DNA of 59,685 nucleotides, the filler included, from Thelocarpon superellum (Eukaryota), in the NCBI GenBank assembly GCA_026025795.1. It is 4 parts of 4 records of this genome, joined end to end, with 100 filler letters (N's around TTAATTAATTAA, not from the genome) between each part and the next. Parts side by side here need not be neighbours in the genome. Positions count along the whole stretch, not along the records: positions 44,992 to 59,685 come from JAPEUG010000426.1; 3 more parts are not named here. One strand, given 5' to 3'. Made by a program: the position numbers and the translations under genes. Shown here piece after piece: positions 58,821-59,685 of the stretch. Position 1 is the stretch's first letter. Every line of letters begins with the position of its first letter. The notes beneath the pieces are model-generated. The model saw only the letters and a list, made by a program, of their open reading frames with translations, was not told the DNA's origin and made no database searches.

Positions 58821-59685
58821 CGAAGTATCGTTCGATTCCTCTTGGCAGCGCGAAGAGTTTCTCAATGCAATATCATCGTGCTTCGAGATCCATATCCTCG
58901 AGCTGTCACCAGCACTGGCCGTCTCCGATCGGCGTTATTGATCGGGGCGATCAGCCAATGATGCGTTCGATCAAAGTGTCGCCGATTGCGCCGACAAATG
59001 TTCTGGCGGCTACTGACGGTCAGCCGAGACGGTACGAAGTACATTCTGCTTGGCGTGGAGAGTCGGGCAGGAGCGCTTGGGACAACAGTCGGCACACAGC
59101 ATGCGGCACGAGGGTGGAGCATGCTGCTTGCATCTTGCATTTTCCTGCCGTGTTCGCTGCAGGATCATCCCTGCGAGAGGCACAGCTGCGGACAATTGCA
59201 GGCTTCTTGCTAGTAAATATGCAAGTATGAGCAAGCTGTGCCTTTTAGTTGGTTCTACCAGCGCATCAGTCTGATCCCGAATCCGACCACAGTCGCCGTG
59301 GTTGAATGGTCGAGGCCATGGCGTGTCGGCGACGCCGTCGGGCTTCTGTAGCCCATTCTCTACGACCTCAAGCGGCCAGCTGATGGCATCAGAACGGCCG
59401 GCCAGTCATACGGCATGCAGCGACCCCCAGGAACACGTCACTTCCCTCAGAAGTCCTCCGACACGCTCATTGGCGAGCGGACGAACGGAGTACTCCTCGA
59501 GAACTACTCGAGGATTGCGCATTCGGCGTGGACGGAAGGGCACTAAGTCGGGACCGAGTCACAAGTTCTGGCACTTCATTTCGACTTGCATTTAGCGAGG
59601 CGGGGAGCGAGGGCGAGCAAGCTTCACAAAGACAACTGACGAAGCACGGGAGGCCGAGCCAGGCCTGCCGAGCGTCCGTGCTAAG

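Noticed and set aside
58862..59140. Arg-rich upstream ORF resembling a mitochondrial presequence for ArgRS
   Set aside because: Out of frame and stopped before the ArgRS ATG, and I found no convincing intron to join them. Arg-rich ORFs are common at this GC content. RNA-seq could revive it.
1..59685. tRNA/rRNA genes, CRISPR arrays, telomeric arrays, transposons
   Set aside because: None recognised: only isolated TTAGGG/CCCTAA hexamers, no repeat-spacer structure, and no transposase/RT motifs or terminal repeats seen by eye.

Overview
Eukaryotic, GC-rich filamentous-ascomycete (Pezizomycotina-type) genomic DNA with short GT-AG introns and CTRAC/CTAAC branch sites. The window is not contiguous. 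It is four contigs (1-14947, 15048-29949, 30050-44891, 44992-59685) joined by artificial N44-TTAATTAATTAA-N44 linkers, so no linkage across the linkers can be assumed. Contig 1 holds an alpha/beta hydrolase, a TGL4-like patatin lipase and a 4-exon secreted/GPI-anchored protein that looks like a group-I truncated (2/2) globin. Contig 2 is a compact housekeeping block: oxysterol-binding protein, a hypothetical gene, JID1-like J-protein, phosphoglucomutase/phosphoribomutase, delta-8 sphingolipid desaturase, UsgS-like membrane protein and INP1. Contig 3 holds a Zn2Cys6 transcription factor, a mitochondrial RNase II (cyt-4/DSS1-like) and a tandem pair of secreted 20-cysteine paralogs. Contig 4 holds a prodomain-less metacaspase, a Ser/Tyr-rich orphan, a small secreted prepro-peptide, an FHA-kinase, a tail-anchored orphan and arginyl-tRNA synthetase. 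There are several micro/minisatellites. No RNA genes, CRISPR arrays or recognisable transposons were seen. The most interesting items are the GPI-anchored globin-like protein, the Cys-rich paralog pair and the processed secreted peptide. All family assignments come from motif recognition by eye, with no database search.
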